From Ascidiella aspersa (lineage: Eukaryota), in NCBI GenBank assembly GCA_963924565.1, contig OZ004609.1:17546001-17610000 (forward strand): a stretch of 64,000 nt of DNA, written 5' to 3'. A model generated the notes under the pieces. It saw nothing but the letters and a program-made list of their open reading frames with translations. It did not search any database and had not been told where the DNA came from. Positions 36,290 to 49,377 of this stretch are shown in pieces. The position numbers were made by a program, and so were the translations under genes. Every line of letters starts with the position of its first letter. Position 1 is the first letter of the stretch.

Positions 36290-39200
36290 ATGCAAGTTTC
36301 CAGGATTGGGATAATATACTTTCTTTGTTATATGGCAATATCCGCATGGTGCCAAGGTAAGAAACATATCTTATTGTTCGTTTAATTTTGGTGTATTTGT
36401 TTTATTTTTATTGTGTGAAATTTTAAACCCACAGTCAATTGAGTTAAAAAATGTGTAGAAACTAACAACATTACGAGCTGGCGTTGGTGTTACACGAAGG
36501 CTAATACATATGATTTCTATTAACCTTGCTCAAATTAACTCCTTTGACTCTTATACACCAAGTTCTAACACACATAATATTGGGCCGACGTTGTTGGTTG
36601 CCTTAAACCTTACAGACTTCGTCACGTTTTGTGCTGGCAAGTTTTGTTGAAAGGGCAGTGGTTCTTTGGATGGCGATATAATGACAATGCGGCGCTCTTT
36701 CGGGACGCTTAAACATCTGTGTGTCACAAAGCCAGCCAGATGTGTTTGCTTAGCTTTGCGAAATTATTTCTTGCCTAACACCTGTTCACTCTTAAGCGGC
36801 GGCCTGTTTTGCCGAATCCTGACTAAAAGCAATTCGATCTGCGCAGCGGCTACACCACACTTTAGATTGGGTGAGGGGTGGGGAAATATTGGCATTAAAC
36901 GTCGTGTCGTTTTTTTTGTAAAGGCTGGTGAACATAGGTAACTTAGTTAGTGGGGTAAAGCTGTTTGATTATTCAGTTTAATTAGATGATACATAGAGTA
37001 TTAATTATATTGAAGCTTAGGTTTATACCATAGGCCCACTTAGTTTAACTTTCGTCATCCAGTGTACGATTTCGGACGTGTTTCAAAATTCCCATTATTG
37101 CTGCGTGATAGTGAGGGCGTAAACTTGTTTTTAAAAAGATAGCTTATACTAAATGCGTTTTACCAAGCTGAAATATTTAAAAGGCGCTTTGGCGCTTTCT
37201 CAATCTGCGTTAACAAAGTCCGGAAACAAGGGGAGAAAATTGTCGGCTCGTACTCCAAGTGGGAGGGGAACTTCTGTGACATCACGCTTTGGCAAACAGC
37301 CGAAATTGACGCGGAGCAGCCATTGTTTGTGAAGTCACGGCCGCGTGGTGTGCGACGTTTGTTAGATTCACACAGTGAAACCAATTAGCTGACGCAAGCA
37401 GGTAAGGATGACATTAACCACCTTTATTATGTTGTTTTCCGTCAAATGTGCCGAGCTTATACAATATGGCCAAATTTTATTTTTTGGGTTAGTCACTTCG
37501 CCCAAATGCATAATTGTATAAAGACAAATCAAGTCTGCGCCTTAAGATTCACAAAATACATGCTCTAATTTCGTTGGAAACATTTAAGGTAAAATTGAAA
37601 TAGTATTCCATGAATCACGATTGATGCTGCAACTTCTATGTAAACGCTCTATACGTGCAGACCCAAAATCTTGAATATATAAATACGACCACCAGATTTA
37701 TAACAAGCGTTGGAGAATAGTCAATCGAGCACCTGGACGCCGAAGTCGCTGCGACGGCGACAGACGAAAGAGCTCGCCCACACAGCTGTCGAACGCGCGC
37801 GGGAAACAGGGCGTTTTCTAATTGCCGGCTTGCCTTGGTCGACCGCTTCCCCTCCACGACGGGGCCGGTGGGACTCGCCACGTTAAACTCTTCGCGCTTG
37901 TTGCAGCAGACGGCAATTTGATCGAGCTGGAGACGCTTAAACACGTGTCCAAACATGAAGCCTGCAATAAACAATCTGTGCAAATACCAGACGTCTCGCG
38001 CGTTCTCATGTACCACCGTAAATAGCATTTGCAATATAGGAGAAATAATAGACCAAATTTTTCGCATGTCAAGGCCAAGCGGAAGAACATTTTGCCTGGG
38101 TTGTGCAAATAGTTTGTTCTTATAATATGAATTTCCTAATACATGTTAATAGACTTCTTGGACGGACTTGCTAGTCGATTAAACAAATTTGCAAATAATT
38201 TTCCTTCTACCAGATAAGTGCAACCGGCAAACTTAAGCTACACTTTTAGACGCGATTTAACAATAATTCATCAAAATGGTTAAAAGGCTAAATATCATAG
38301 TATCACAAGACTTTCTATATAAGGGGATTTTTCCACCGAAAATTTCACACGTCATATGTTTGTTTGGGAGACCAGTCGAAAAGAATTACGTCGTTCCATG
38401 TCAAGCACATTCGGAAGCGATTTTGCATTATTTATATGCACTTGACTGCTGGAGGCACGTCGCCTTGCTCCGGCAGTTGCTGACACCAATTGTGCAGCAA
38501 ACAACCGCCCCCGAAACAAAGGAAAGATTTGGCTTTCTTCCATTTCACACATGTATTTCGCCCTTTCCAATTTTCATAACAGATCTTTCCAGACGCTCAG
38601 CCACTTCCCAGCTACGTGACGCGTCTACCCGCAAACTGAAAATGGCTATACCAAATGCTTTGACTTTGGAGATAGCAGTTGACCAGTAAATGGGCACCTG
38701 TTAAAACAGAAGGGGATATAAACTACTAAATTTATGGCTTTGTAGAATCAAGCTTTGTTTGCCTTGGTTGTTTTTATATCAGCCATCGGTATTTACTTTA
38801 AAGTCAGACATGTATTTAGGAGACTGTAAAATGCATATCGTCGTTTTATTTTTAGTTGCATTCTGTTGGTTTTGTCATGCCCATGGCTTATAATGTGATT
38901 TCTCCATGTAACAGTTTCTAGTTTTTTTGACATATGTATTTGTAAGTTGGCTACCACAAGCACTCCATATTCGTGATAATACTAGTGTGTAAAGTCGTTT
39001 CTATGCTATTGTGAATGACTGAACTTATTCAATCTATTTTTACGACTTGATTTATCAGTCGCTATCGCAATTCTTATTTCCTTGACCTTTTTTTCACGAC
39101 GGTTTACTGCTTTGCTGCGACGTGGTCGCTCTAAGTAGGATGCTTGTACGGCCAAACTATGTCACCGTATAGTGGATTATGCTAGGATGGCTTCTTTAAG

Positions 39201-42200
39201 TATCAACATGTTGTATCTTATTTTCTTCTCGTAGTTCTTATATGTGCTAGCAATGCGTAATGTGATTCCTTAAACATTGGATTCAAAAAATGTCGACATG
39301 CATGAAATGCCCTTGTACCGTATAAAAAGTTTTATTGTAAAAGGCGCGAAGTGAATTAATGATTCGAGGTAATCGCAGCATTAACTCACGTTGCAATCCG
39401 CAACAACGCTATACACTGAGACATTTCCTTTGACCTGTAAGCCGCAGTCTACAGACGTAGGTCTGTAACCGCCATTATCCGGCATACTACTTTATTGGTT
39501 GAATAAAAATAGTTGATATTTCGTTGCTACGGTTTGCGGTTGAAATACATTTCGTTCCCATCGTTCGACAGCTCGCTCCTCGGTTTTAAGTGAAAAAATC
39601 ATATTAACTTGATGATGTTTTTTTCAGATCGAACTTCGCCTAAACGTTTCATAAGGATGTTAGAATAATCAAGATTTTGCTTATGATTTCTATTATTACT
39701 GCTGTTTGAACGTTTGAACGGAATTTTTTGATAGGCCAACTTGGTACAAAATTGCCAATTTAACGTCAGTTCCGAAAGATCATAGAACCAAATAGTTTTT
39801 ACGTAGCCAAGATCGGAATACAATTTTTAATGTACAAGTTTCACAGTATGATGTCGAAAAAAATTTTCCCGGGCTAGTTATTTATGTTATATTGTAAATA
39901 TTGTTAAGATTTTTTTGTAAATATATATTTTGATACACGCTCTCAAGCATTAGAAAGACTAAGCAGCTAAACGTGCACAAACAACAAAAAAGTTTGCGGG
40001 TTTAGCGCACCACTTTACCTTCACTACAGTAAAGTTATATTCAACAGGTACAGGATGTCCATTTCACGTGTGTACAGCAGAGAATCTAAAGTGTGCCAAC
40101 AAGCGATTGATGCGAAACGCAGACGGTTGTTTCATTTGTAAATGCGACGGTAAGTTAATCATCGCTCACGTTGTATCGCCCATAAGTTATTCAGAGTCTA
40201 CCTCAAATCAGAAAAGTTTTCTTTATGTCATGCTCACAACCTTCATAAAGTTATTTTTCCTGTGCCTATAGTGCGCCCACTTAACGCGTTTTTATCTACC
40301 AGCAGGTAACAGCGCAAATAGGACGCAGCATCCTTGCTTATTGCACGGCTGTACTGTTGAGCTACTAAAATGCGAAAGTTCTAAGCTGCGGAAAGACGAC
40401 AAAGGATGCGCGCTGTGCGAGTGCGAGGGATCGGGAAGTAAGGCTTGTTAATTCATTCAATCTGCCTGTATGAAACAACCTTAACTTTTGTGTAAGACTT
40501 GGAGCATAGCAGGTTTCTGCATTAGGCTTATGTCACTCACACATGCCTTGCCCTTTCGCAGCAAACCAAACTGTGCCGATTAAATTCGGAGATTCGGCTT
40601 CGTCAGGGGGCAGAATCCCTTTGTTCGATAGCGGCGGCAGCAACACACCCGCATGTCGACAGCCAAACTGCACCGCTGCAGAGTTGAATTGCAGTCGACT
40701 GGCACAGGGCCCCAGCGGTTGTCCTGTATGCCGGTGCGCGCTCGAGAGCGACGGATCTGACGGGATGCTGATCGGATCAGTGAGCAATCCGATATTTAGT
40801 GAGACCGACCTTGACATCGGTAAGATTATTTTGTTTTTGTATTCTCTCTGGTAAACTTAGCAGATATTTACAAAAGTGCTTAGGGTCAATTCTTCGTTGT
40901 TTAGATCGTTTTTATATATCATTATTTGAACAGTGCCTTTTTAGTAACTTTAGCTATATTTGAGTGTATTCTACAGTCTAACTCTATACTATAGGCTAAA
41001 GGACACTCTAGATAACTTAAACAATTAGTCACGCTAAACGCACTTTTGTCCACACTTTTATTTGGGTAACTAACAAGATACTCCGCTCATGCGTTTAGGT
41101 CAGCCCTGTCCAGATCCTCACGAAATATTGGAAGACGAAATGATGAGAGAAGGGGTGAACCGGGGAAGAAGACCACTATATAAACTGGTGCTCAAAAAGC
41201 TCCGAAAGGGATTTAAGCCTGGAAAGAAATACAAAAGTGAGTAGCTATTCGCGGGTAATGCTTTTTGTGATTCAGTTTAAATGCAGCTACGGATTAGTCG
41301 TGCTTTAAGTTTATCAACGTCGGTTAGCTCTTTAAAAAAAATACTATGCGTTTGCGCCCCAGCCAGAAAGGCTTCTATGCAAACGATCATATATGATGTT
41401 GACAATTAGCTCGCAAATTCGGGTCTAGTGTCAGTTTGTCTTGCGTCATCTGGCGATCTGGATTAATGTAAACGAGTTCATGATGCCAATTTTATAATGA
41501 TATTTTATAATGAAAATACATTAAGAAAACAGTCCAGTTATAGTGTTTTATCTTGTGACAACTGGTGACCAAACATTCATACCCATTTTCTTATAATTTA
41601 GATAAAGCACCTGATTTGTATGTGAATATAGATATTCCATCTTAAAACGAGAAGCATTGCTATCTACATCAGATATCCTTTGTGCTGTACCCGAAACGTT
41701 GGCGTTTGATCTTTCTAGCAATTCATAGTAATACCGCAAGAGTTTGGCGTCTGTGGGTCGATAAAACACTCAGGTAGACGGGAAATCTTTAGCGATAAAT
41801 TAAGCAAAGAAGCCAAATTCTCAATTGCTTAGCGTTTTTATCGGTTAATCTTTCGAAAACTATTCATTGAGGGTCGCCATACTCTCAAATCCAGGAGTGT
41901 CAAATTTAATCAGAATCACAGATTGCGAGCAAAAAACTAAATGAGAAACTCCTGTCTACAAATCCGTGTCTTATTTCGGACTTGTTCCCTACACACACAG
42001 CTTTTTATATATAAAGAAACCTACGGTTAGGAATAATAAATCCGTTATAACGGTTACTGTATTTGTTTGCATAATAATTATTGATTTTATTATTTGTTGC
42101 TTCTATCTAATTTTACCATATCACTTTATTTTCGGCAATTTTAACGACAACGCATTGTACGCACATTGAAGTTGTTTTTTAAATGACGATTTACACTTTG

Positions 42201-45200
42201 AGAGTGGTAACTTGTGTATGAACACTTGAACAGTTTTCAGCTAAGCCTATTTTGGTAAGTATGTATGCAAATCACTTCGACCCCATGGCGTTGACAGATT
42301 GGACACCTTCATGCCCAATCTGTGCTGCGTGAGGTTTCGCTTGTGCTCCAGTTGATCTGAAGTGCATCTAGTTGAAGCAGACCTGATTAATTACGTTTTG
42401 AATGATGGCTGAAAGATACGCAATTATCACCTGGAGAATTTTATCGCGGTTAAAAACCCGGTTGGCCAAAGATATGACGTCATTGCCGACAGCAAAGTTT
42501 GTCGCTGTATTGTACGCGTCCGATCGAGCGTCGTTTTTGTGCTATCGCCGTGAACTAAGTAAACAAAGACATCAAATTTTGACGCGGCCTTGATAAAGCA
42601 CTTCGAATGTGGAACCAGACAGCATTTGTCCCATACCCGCAGTTTATGAAGTGTTTTGGGTTTGTCGCTACAGGCTTTTAAATGCGCGCGTCATAAGCCC
42701 CTGGACTCGTCAATTTCCATTTTGCGGTCTTTCGGGTGACTTTCTCCGACTAAGTTAGACGGGCCCTAGCAAAAAAGAAATCACAGTAGTCTCGCCAATG
42801 CAGGAATCTCGCCTTAGCCCACCCATATTGTCTTGGAATTATTAAATTCAACTGGAATGACGTGTAGCCGAAACAGTTTAGTTTTAATTACATTGAAATA
42901 TCTGAAGAATAGTTTCACTTTCTAATTTGGCAGACGCAGAAAACTTACATAATAATCGAAGTCTTGCTGTCACTTAAAAGTCAATTTAATTTACCGGTCT
43001 AATCAAGGCTTATAAGAGAGCCGGCAATTAAACGGTTTATTACGCATACCATACGCCACCTCCACAGTGTAGTTTGTTAATCGCCATTTTAATTGCATCG
43101 TCTGGTGTATAATAATCAATACACAATAAACAATTTTGGAAAATCATGTCAAAGTATTGGATTGAGTAAGATAAATTTCGTATAATACCCAAATCATTTT
43201 GTACCGTCAGCTGTTACAAAAACTGCTACATAAGTTTACCTGTTTCCTTATGAGTGATATGATTACATCAAACAACATCGTATAGTTTTTGCCCAATTAT
43301 TTGCCTTCAAATCGCGTTACTTCTGATAATAGACAGTAGTGTCAAGTAAAAGCCCAAGAGATTAGCTATTTCAGCAAACAAACTGCTGCGTGACGATCGA
43401 CTTAATTAGGCTGCACTTTCCTTTAAAGCTACCCTTTCGACTGCTGCCGGGCCCGGCGCCGTCGCTGCACGCTCCAGCTAGCTCGTTGGCGACGAAGTGG
43501 CTCAACAGATCTCATAAAGTCTCGCTAACGATGAGAGAACTTCTGGTACTTTCACGGCACGCCTGCTTGTAACTACAGGCCAATAACTGGCGGTCGACCA
43601 GGTCTTGTTTGCACATCTGATTATCGCCTTATGTTGATCGATACACTGGCATCTCGCGGCGGGCGCCGGCACACGACCCAAACAAAACCCAGGATTTTCG
43701 TCGACCAAGCCTCAGTCGAAAAACACAGGGGCGTAAACAGACAGAGTGTCTTGAAAGACGCCGGCGCGCGATTTGCAAGGCTTTTTCTTGAGGGTCGGGT
43801 TTCTTGCCGCAATCTGCCCACGCCTTTCATTTTGACCCGGTCGTACTTAAGGAGTCACGGTTCGCCGAAAGCCGCGAAATTCAGTCAAAAATGTCGGGGT
43901 ATGGCGCCTACGCTCACTCCGTTAGGTGACGCTGTTTAAGTACTACGGAAGCGGCTATTCCATATTTGGCCAACTTTACGTCCCAATTCAAAATTACACC
44001 CCGAACACGGCGAACAGGTTAACATAGTTGTGCAGTCTAATACCGATTTTTTTTATCTTTTTGGAAAGTGGTTGCGCCACTTTCAGAGCAGAATCCCGAC
44101 GCCTCTTCAAGTGATTTTCCGGCGTCGGTCTCTCGGTTGTTTATTCCGCAAAATAAGTGGAAGCGACTAAAATTACAATTTTTTTAAATCTTGTAAAACG
44201 ATCTTGAAAAACAGAAAGTAATTCTCCTCGTAAAATTGTTTTAGAGTTGTGCTTTTGTTTTCGGAATGTTAACAGTATTTTTCTTTTGTCTTTCCCCAAA
44301 ACATTATTTTAGCTACAAAGGCTTGTTTTTTTATTGACACTTCATTGACATATACACATTTAAAAATATATAAAAGTTTTTTCTTTTCCCTGTGCTATAT
44401 TAAATTTGACACTGACGATTTTTGTTATAAAATCAATTTATTACCTCAAAAAATGTTTGTGGATATGTTCGATCATCACTTGTTATATTAAACTTATACA
44501 ACAAAAACGTTGTCATCACATGCAGAGGCACCTCATTATCTTCAACATCCCATATTGAGTGACTACTTCCGACTCGTCGGTCAAACACAGCATTTCAGAA
44601 TTTTAATAACAAATTCAGTAATATTTCCTTTTTTAACTTGGGAAAATTTTGAGATGGCAGGTTTAGGTTTGAGAGGCAAGTTCCAAGATTCGCCCAACCG
44701 ATTCCGTCGTGTCTATATCCTGGTTTGACATTGATGGATTACTTTGCGAGGGGATTGTATTGCCATGAGGAAATAAATGTGTGTCATAAATAGGTAGCCA
44801 CTAAACTTGTTGAATCATATTCCGACAGCTTTATTTAAATATTAGGTGAAAACTAGCACGAAGTCCCTTTCCTATTATCAGTTTCAAAACTAACGATTGA
44901 TTGTCTAAGTGGTGCTTTATATTTGTCAAGCTTTGCGAAATTGAAATACATCGCTGTGCCTGCAGAACTAATACACGCACCTCTAGTGGTGTAGCGCCAA
45001 CATGACAGTCGATTGGGTTATTACTCGTATTTACTATGACACTTAACCTCCTATGCTCGGTACCCGCGTAATTGCTTTGGTAGAAAGTTCATTTTCAGCG
45101 TCGTAAATATTAAAGCGCTAGAGGCTTACGCGATGTGGATGAGGCATTTCAGAGAAAAAATGACGGACCGTTGATCGAAGTAAATTGTTCATGAGACAAC

Positions 45201-48200
45201 AACATCTCTGCGATATTCGCGGTCGTAATTTTGGTGTCGGACCAGACGACAGGCCGGCGGCCGAGAAACAAGATACGGCGCCGCTGAGTTTACAGCCTTA
45301 CGACACCGAGTCGACTCTGTTTGTTCAGATAAAGGCACGGAAAAAACCTTGGCGTTGTTTTATGTGTGCGTGACAAAAATGTAATCTTGTTCTTTCCTCT
45401 CAACAAATTCTGTTGACGGTAAGTGACTGTGCATTCAAAATGATTTATCCAATTTGCCAGAGCTTAGCCGTCTAATACAAATGCGAAGATTGACGATAAC
45501 GACGCGATTTAAGGCTCACTTTAAAAATATGTTTGTCAGCCGCGCGACTTGTGTAATTTGCGTGTGTGATTGACCCCGTCTCGCGCGCTACTTTTAAGTC
45601 GGGTCACAAAAATACTTGTACTTAGCGCTGTTTTTTTAGTTTTATATTTATAGATATTTGTCATACTTTCAGTTTTGGTCAAAGCCAGAAGCAAGTCGAA
45701 GCCGTTTAAAGCCGTACTGATTGACCTTAAGGCGGCGCCTGCGGGAACATCCGGCAAAGGCAGGAAACGGTTTGGTATGAAATAAACAAAATATTCAAGC
45801 ACGAACTATCGCTTAACATTGAAACATCATTGTAGATACCCATAATTGTGCGTTCTCCAAATTTTTTTATTATTCACATACTATTTGTTTTCCAACAGTG
45901 CTATATCTCATACAAAAGATAGGAATTGGCTAAATACAGCTGTGAGGCAAAAAAATCTTGTTTTAAGTGGATCTTCCTTAACCTAGCAGTAGTTCTAAAA
46001 ATTCGAAGTTGCCTATACCATCGACTTACTTTTAAAACCAGATGACGCAACGTGTGGGGCGGGAATATTGCAGCAAGTAGACGGCGTTAGGATTGTTCCC
46101 AACTGTCCCACCGCCGCTGTTGAAGGCGACACCAAGAACAAGACAAAGTTGCTCGTCAAGTGGATTGCGCCTTCATGCGGATGTGTTTACGTAAGGTAAA
46201 TGCGCAAGTCTGAGTTAGTGAAACGTCAAGCATCGTTTGCGGTCATTAGCGGTCAACCTTTTTTGGCTACCAGCAAATGAAACGTAAAAGGAATTAGTGT
46301 TACCGAAACAAAAAACAGGTGTATCCAGGGACTGTGCACGAAAACGGTTTTTATAAGTTCAGGTGCGTCAGACAATCTTCCTGAAACGCTTCACAGTTTA
46401 AAGCTAATCTCACCCTATAAACGGTTTCAGCCATTTTCATATGTAAATTAAAGAAAATATACTAACATTTTTCACCAGCTTATCGATACTTAACTCGGAG
46501 TTCAGTTGGGATCAGGGTATTTTTCTACAGGTAATTAGAAATATCAGTTTTTGTCAACAGAGCCACTGTTATTGACTTCACCGACCGTGTTGCCTTCATG
46601 GATGAGGGTCTGGCACCAACCAGTGACGGCGTAGCCACTCCGGGAAAGGTGAATAAGGCGCTCTACAAGACCGTGTGTGCGCGCAAGAGGTTTGTGACGA
46701 CGGTCGAAGACACTTAACATTTTAATAACTGGTTCTCTTAAAAAAATGCCGTTTGAGGTGACTTCTGATTAAATGTACCGCAGTATTGTTTAAACAGAAG
46801 GAAAATAATCAACTAAATGAAATTATCTTGAAACGTTTTTTAATCGTAAAACTTATTTTAACATATTTAGTTTTCCACCTAGGTCTATTTATATTTTATA
46901 TTTGGTGAAATTTTTACTGTCATACCCTATATGCATTTTCATGCAACCATAATTTGGTTGTTAATCAGTCCGCATTTCGTTTATTAATCTTCTGTTCTTT
47001 TTTGTTAGAACCAAGAAGCCACGTCCAGCAGGTAATTGATGGTGATTATGCATGCAACTTCGTGTAAAAATACTATACCACAATTGCAAATAAGTAAAAT
47101 ATACAATATATACTTAGCTTAAAAAACGACATTTCAAGTGATTTTTTTTATTTGGTAAGGATTTTTGTTTACATAAACACAGATGCTCTTATCGGAATAT
47201 AAGGTATGCACCGAATTACTACCACAATATAGTTGAAATACAAAGTAAAGAAGCGAGTATGTAATCACCCTGTTTCTTTTACTTGCTATTACGATAATGT
47301 TGTCAAATAGTCTTACTTTCAGTATCATATACTAACTTGTAGCCCCGGGCATCAAATAACTCTGTATGCTACTTACGAATGGCCATAACTCTTACAAATA
47401 CCACTTCAAAATTAACCTTTTCTAAAACATTTTAGTAAATTAATATTTAATTAACGCAATCAGTGTGTAACTTGCTTTTTGGTTTAGCTCAGGATATTTT
47501 CCAGTCAAGGCTACTGCTATAGCTCTTGGCAGGTCACTTGGCTCCGATTTATAAGCATTATTAATTACAGTTGTGTTTTGTTTAGATAAAAATCCACCGA
47601 GAGAAGAAGTCAAGTCGTGGATTGCGACTGCGTGTTGCAATGCGGCTATTTCACTCTCGACGCCGTCTACAAAAAAGCGCATGGTTCCTCATGCAGCTGC
47701 TGAAATTTGTGAGCGACAAGCAAAACTGTACGGCAGAGGCTGGAATCCGTACAACAGGTAAACTTGAATACATGTTACTGACATCACGTTACTGCAATTT
47801 CACAATATACAGATCAAAGAATAAAAAATGGAACGAAATATGGCCTACGGTTGTGCACTGTAGAGCAGGGGTGGGAACCCTTTTACCGGGAAGCCATAAA
47901 GTGGAATACTTTTGTTGTATTTCGATGAGAGTCCTTTAACATGTTTCAACCTCTAGTTTGTTAGAAAAACGAACATGACCCTTTATAAGAGATTTCTACA
48001 ATAAGAGGATTCTGTCAAACAATAAGAGATTCTGTCAAACGGACTGATCGCCACCAACTGAAAAATATAATTCGCGCCAAGCGCTGAAAAAAATTGCTAC
48101 TAGTCTTGTTTTAAAAAAATAATAAATACAGATTCGAAAAGGGCTATGGCCGCGGGCAGTTTTATTCAAATTACGCTAGCACATAATAGCTAGATTGATC

Positions 48201-49377
48201 TGCGGCCGACATCTCTTTATCAAAAAAGCTATATGGCGTCACAAAAAGAGCCATAAATGGCTCGCGAACCATGGTTTCCCGACCCCTGCTGTAGAGGTCA
48301 GCTAAACACTAATAACATTCAAAAATCCTAGTTAAGAAACATAGTTTGAAGACTTAATGATGCTAAAAGTAACAAATCTCAACTTTTTTAATGATATTCG
48401 ATTGTGCGTTCTCCTGGATAAAAGGAAATGTAAATAAAGCAACCTTTTTTTATTTCGTCATGTCTTTGTTCTTCTAATTCTTTGTTTCGTTTTGTAAAAT
48501 TTTCGATAAACACAAAATTTAAAGCAACCCAACCGAACCTCTGTGAAAGGTTTACCGAACTTCAGTGAAACTCTATTAATCTATCACTGAGTTCCATTTG
48601 TGGAAGGTACCAACCAATATTCAACTCTTTCTGTGTTTTATTTTACAAGGTATCGCGTAATGCAAAGAGCTTGCAAAAGAGAATACAAGAAATGCTGCTT
48701 AATGATCTATGAAGTCATGAAACAGAAAGGAAGTACGTATTACTTTATGTACTTTATGTAAATGCTTGATTGGGAGTTTAATCGTTTAAAACGCGCGTTT
48801 TATAACGCCGTTACGCAAAGGTTACCCTATACGGCGGGGGGTACGCCTTGTGTAAGTCTAGGGCGTAACAAAATAACTCACTATTTTCTGATATCGTACT
48901 TTTGCGACCTGACCTTTAAGCGCTCAAAGAGCCACTGTGTTCTAGAATCTAGACCTAAGACCTATCTATCATGTTTAAACCCCAATAACCAACTTGTTTG
49001 TAGGGGTTCCTTTCATACACAAACATAACCGCAATATATTTTTTTTGTTTAATTTCTTGTTTTGTGATCCCCTATTTATCACAAGATATGGGAATAGTAA
49101 AGTCAGTTGTAATTTAGACCTGAGATACTTTAGTTTACAGCCTCAAATCACCATCCACATTTTTTTATCATTTCGGTATGCTTGTAGGCCTAATCAAATT
49201 CCCGCTTTTTATGCAGCCGTGTTTAAACCGACGAGCGGTACGGGTCGCCCTGGTGTCGCCGCCCCTTCTGCCTACCCAGCTTCCCATCGCTCATCAAAGA
49301 AACGACCAAATAAAAATAAAAATAAGAGGTTGCGTCTCAGAAGACGGAAGAGCAAGAGTCATCTGTCGATGCGCTGA
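36290..49377 (+). CDS. Secreted multidomain protein (507 aa): signal peptide, 3x antistasin-like, Reeler (F-spondin type), anaphylatoxin-like Cys motif, basic tail
   Basis: Phase-consistent exons 36290-36356, 40048-40149, 40303-40437, 40562-40819, 41099-41236, 45673-45774, 46042-46195, 46561-46689, 47009-47031, 47586-47757, 48650-48732, 49217-49377 (1524 nt). Signal peptide MQVSRIGIIYFLCYMAISAWCQG; repeats such as CPFHVCTAENLKCANKRLMRNADGCFICKC; Reeler FKPGKKYKILV..PNCPTAAVE..LVKWIAPSCGCVYVRATVI..FMDEG..LYKTVC; ACC..ICERQAK..ACKREYKKCC. Confidence 0.85.
47866..48288. mobile_element. hAT-type MITE with perfect 8-bp TSD
   Basis: TIRs caggggtgggaacc ... ggtttcccgacccctg; TSD ctgtagag at 47858-47865 and 48289-48296. 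Confidence 0.88.

Noticed and set aside
37636-38689. ORFs of 96-143 aa on both strands in the first intron
   Set aside because: No recognisable domains or compatible splice sites; explained by locally higher GC.
42330-42385. miR-18-like string (aagtgcatctagt) in a weak hairpin
   Set aside because: The seed does not match exactly and the stem needs several bulges and G-U pairs; likely chance.
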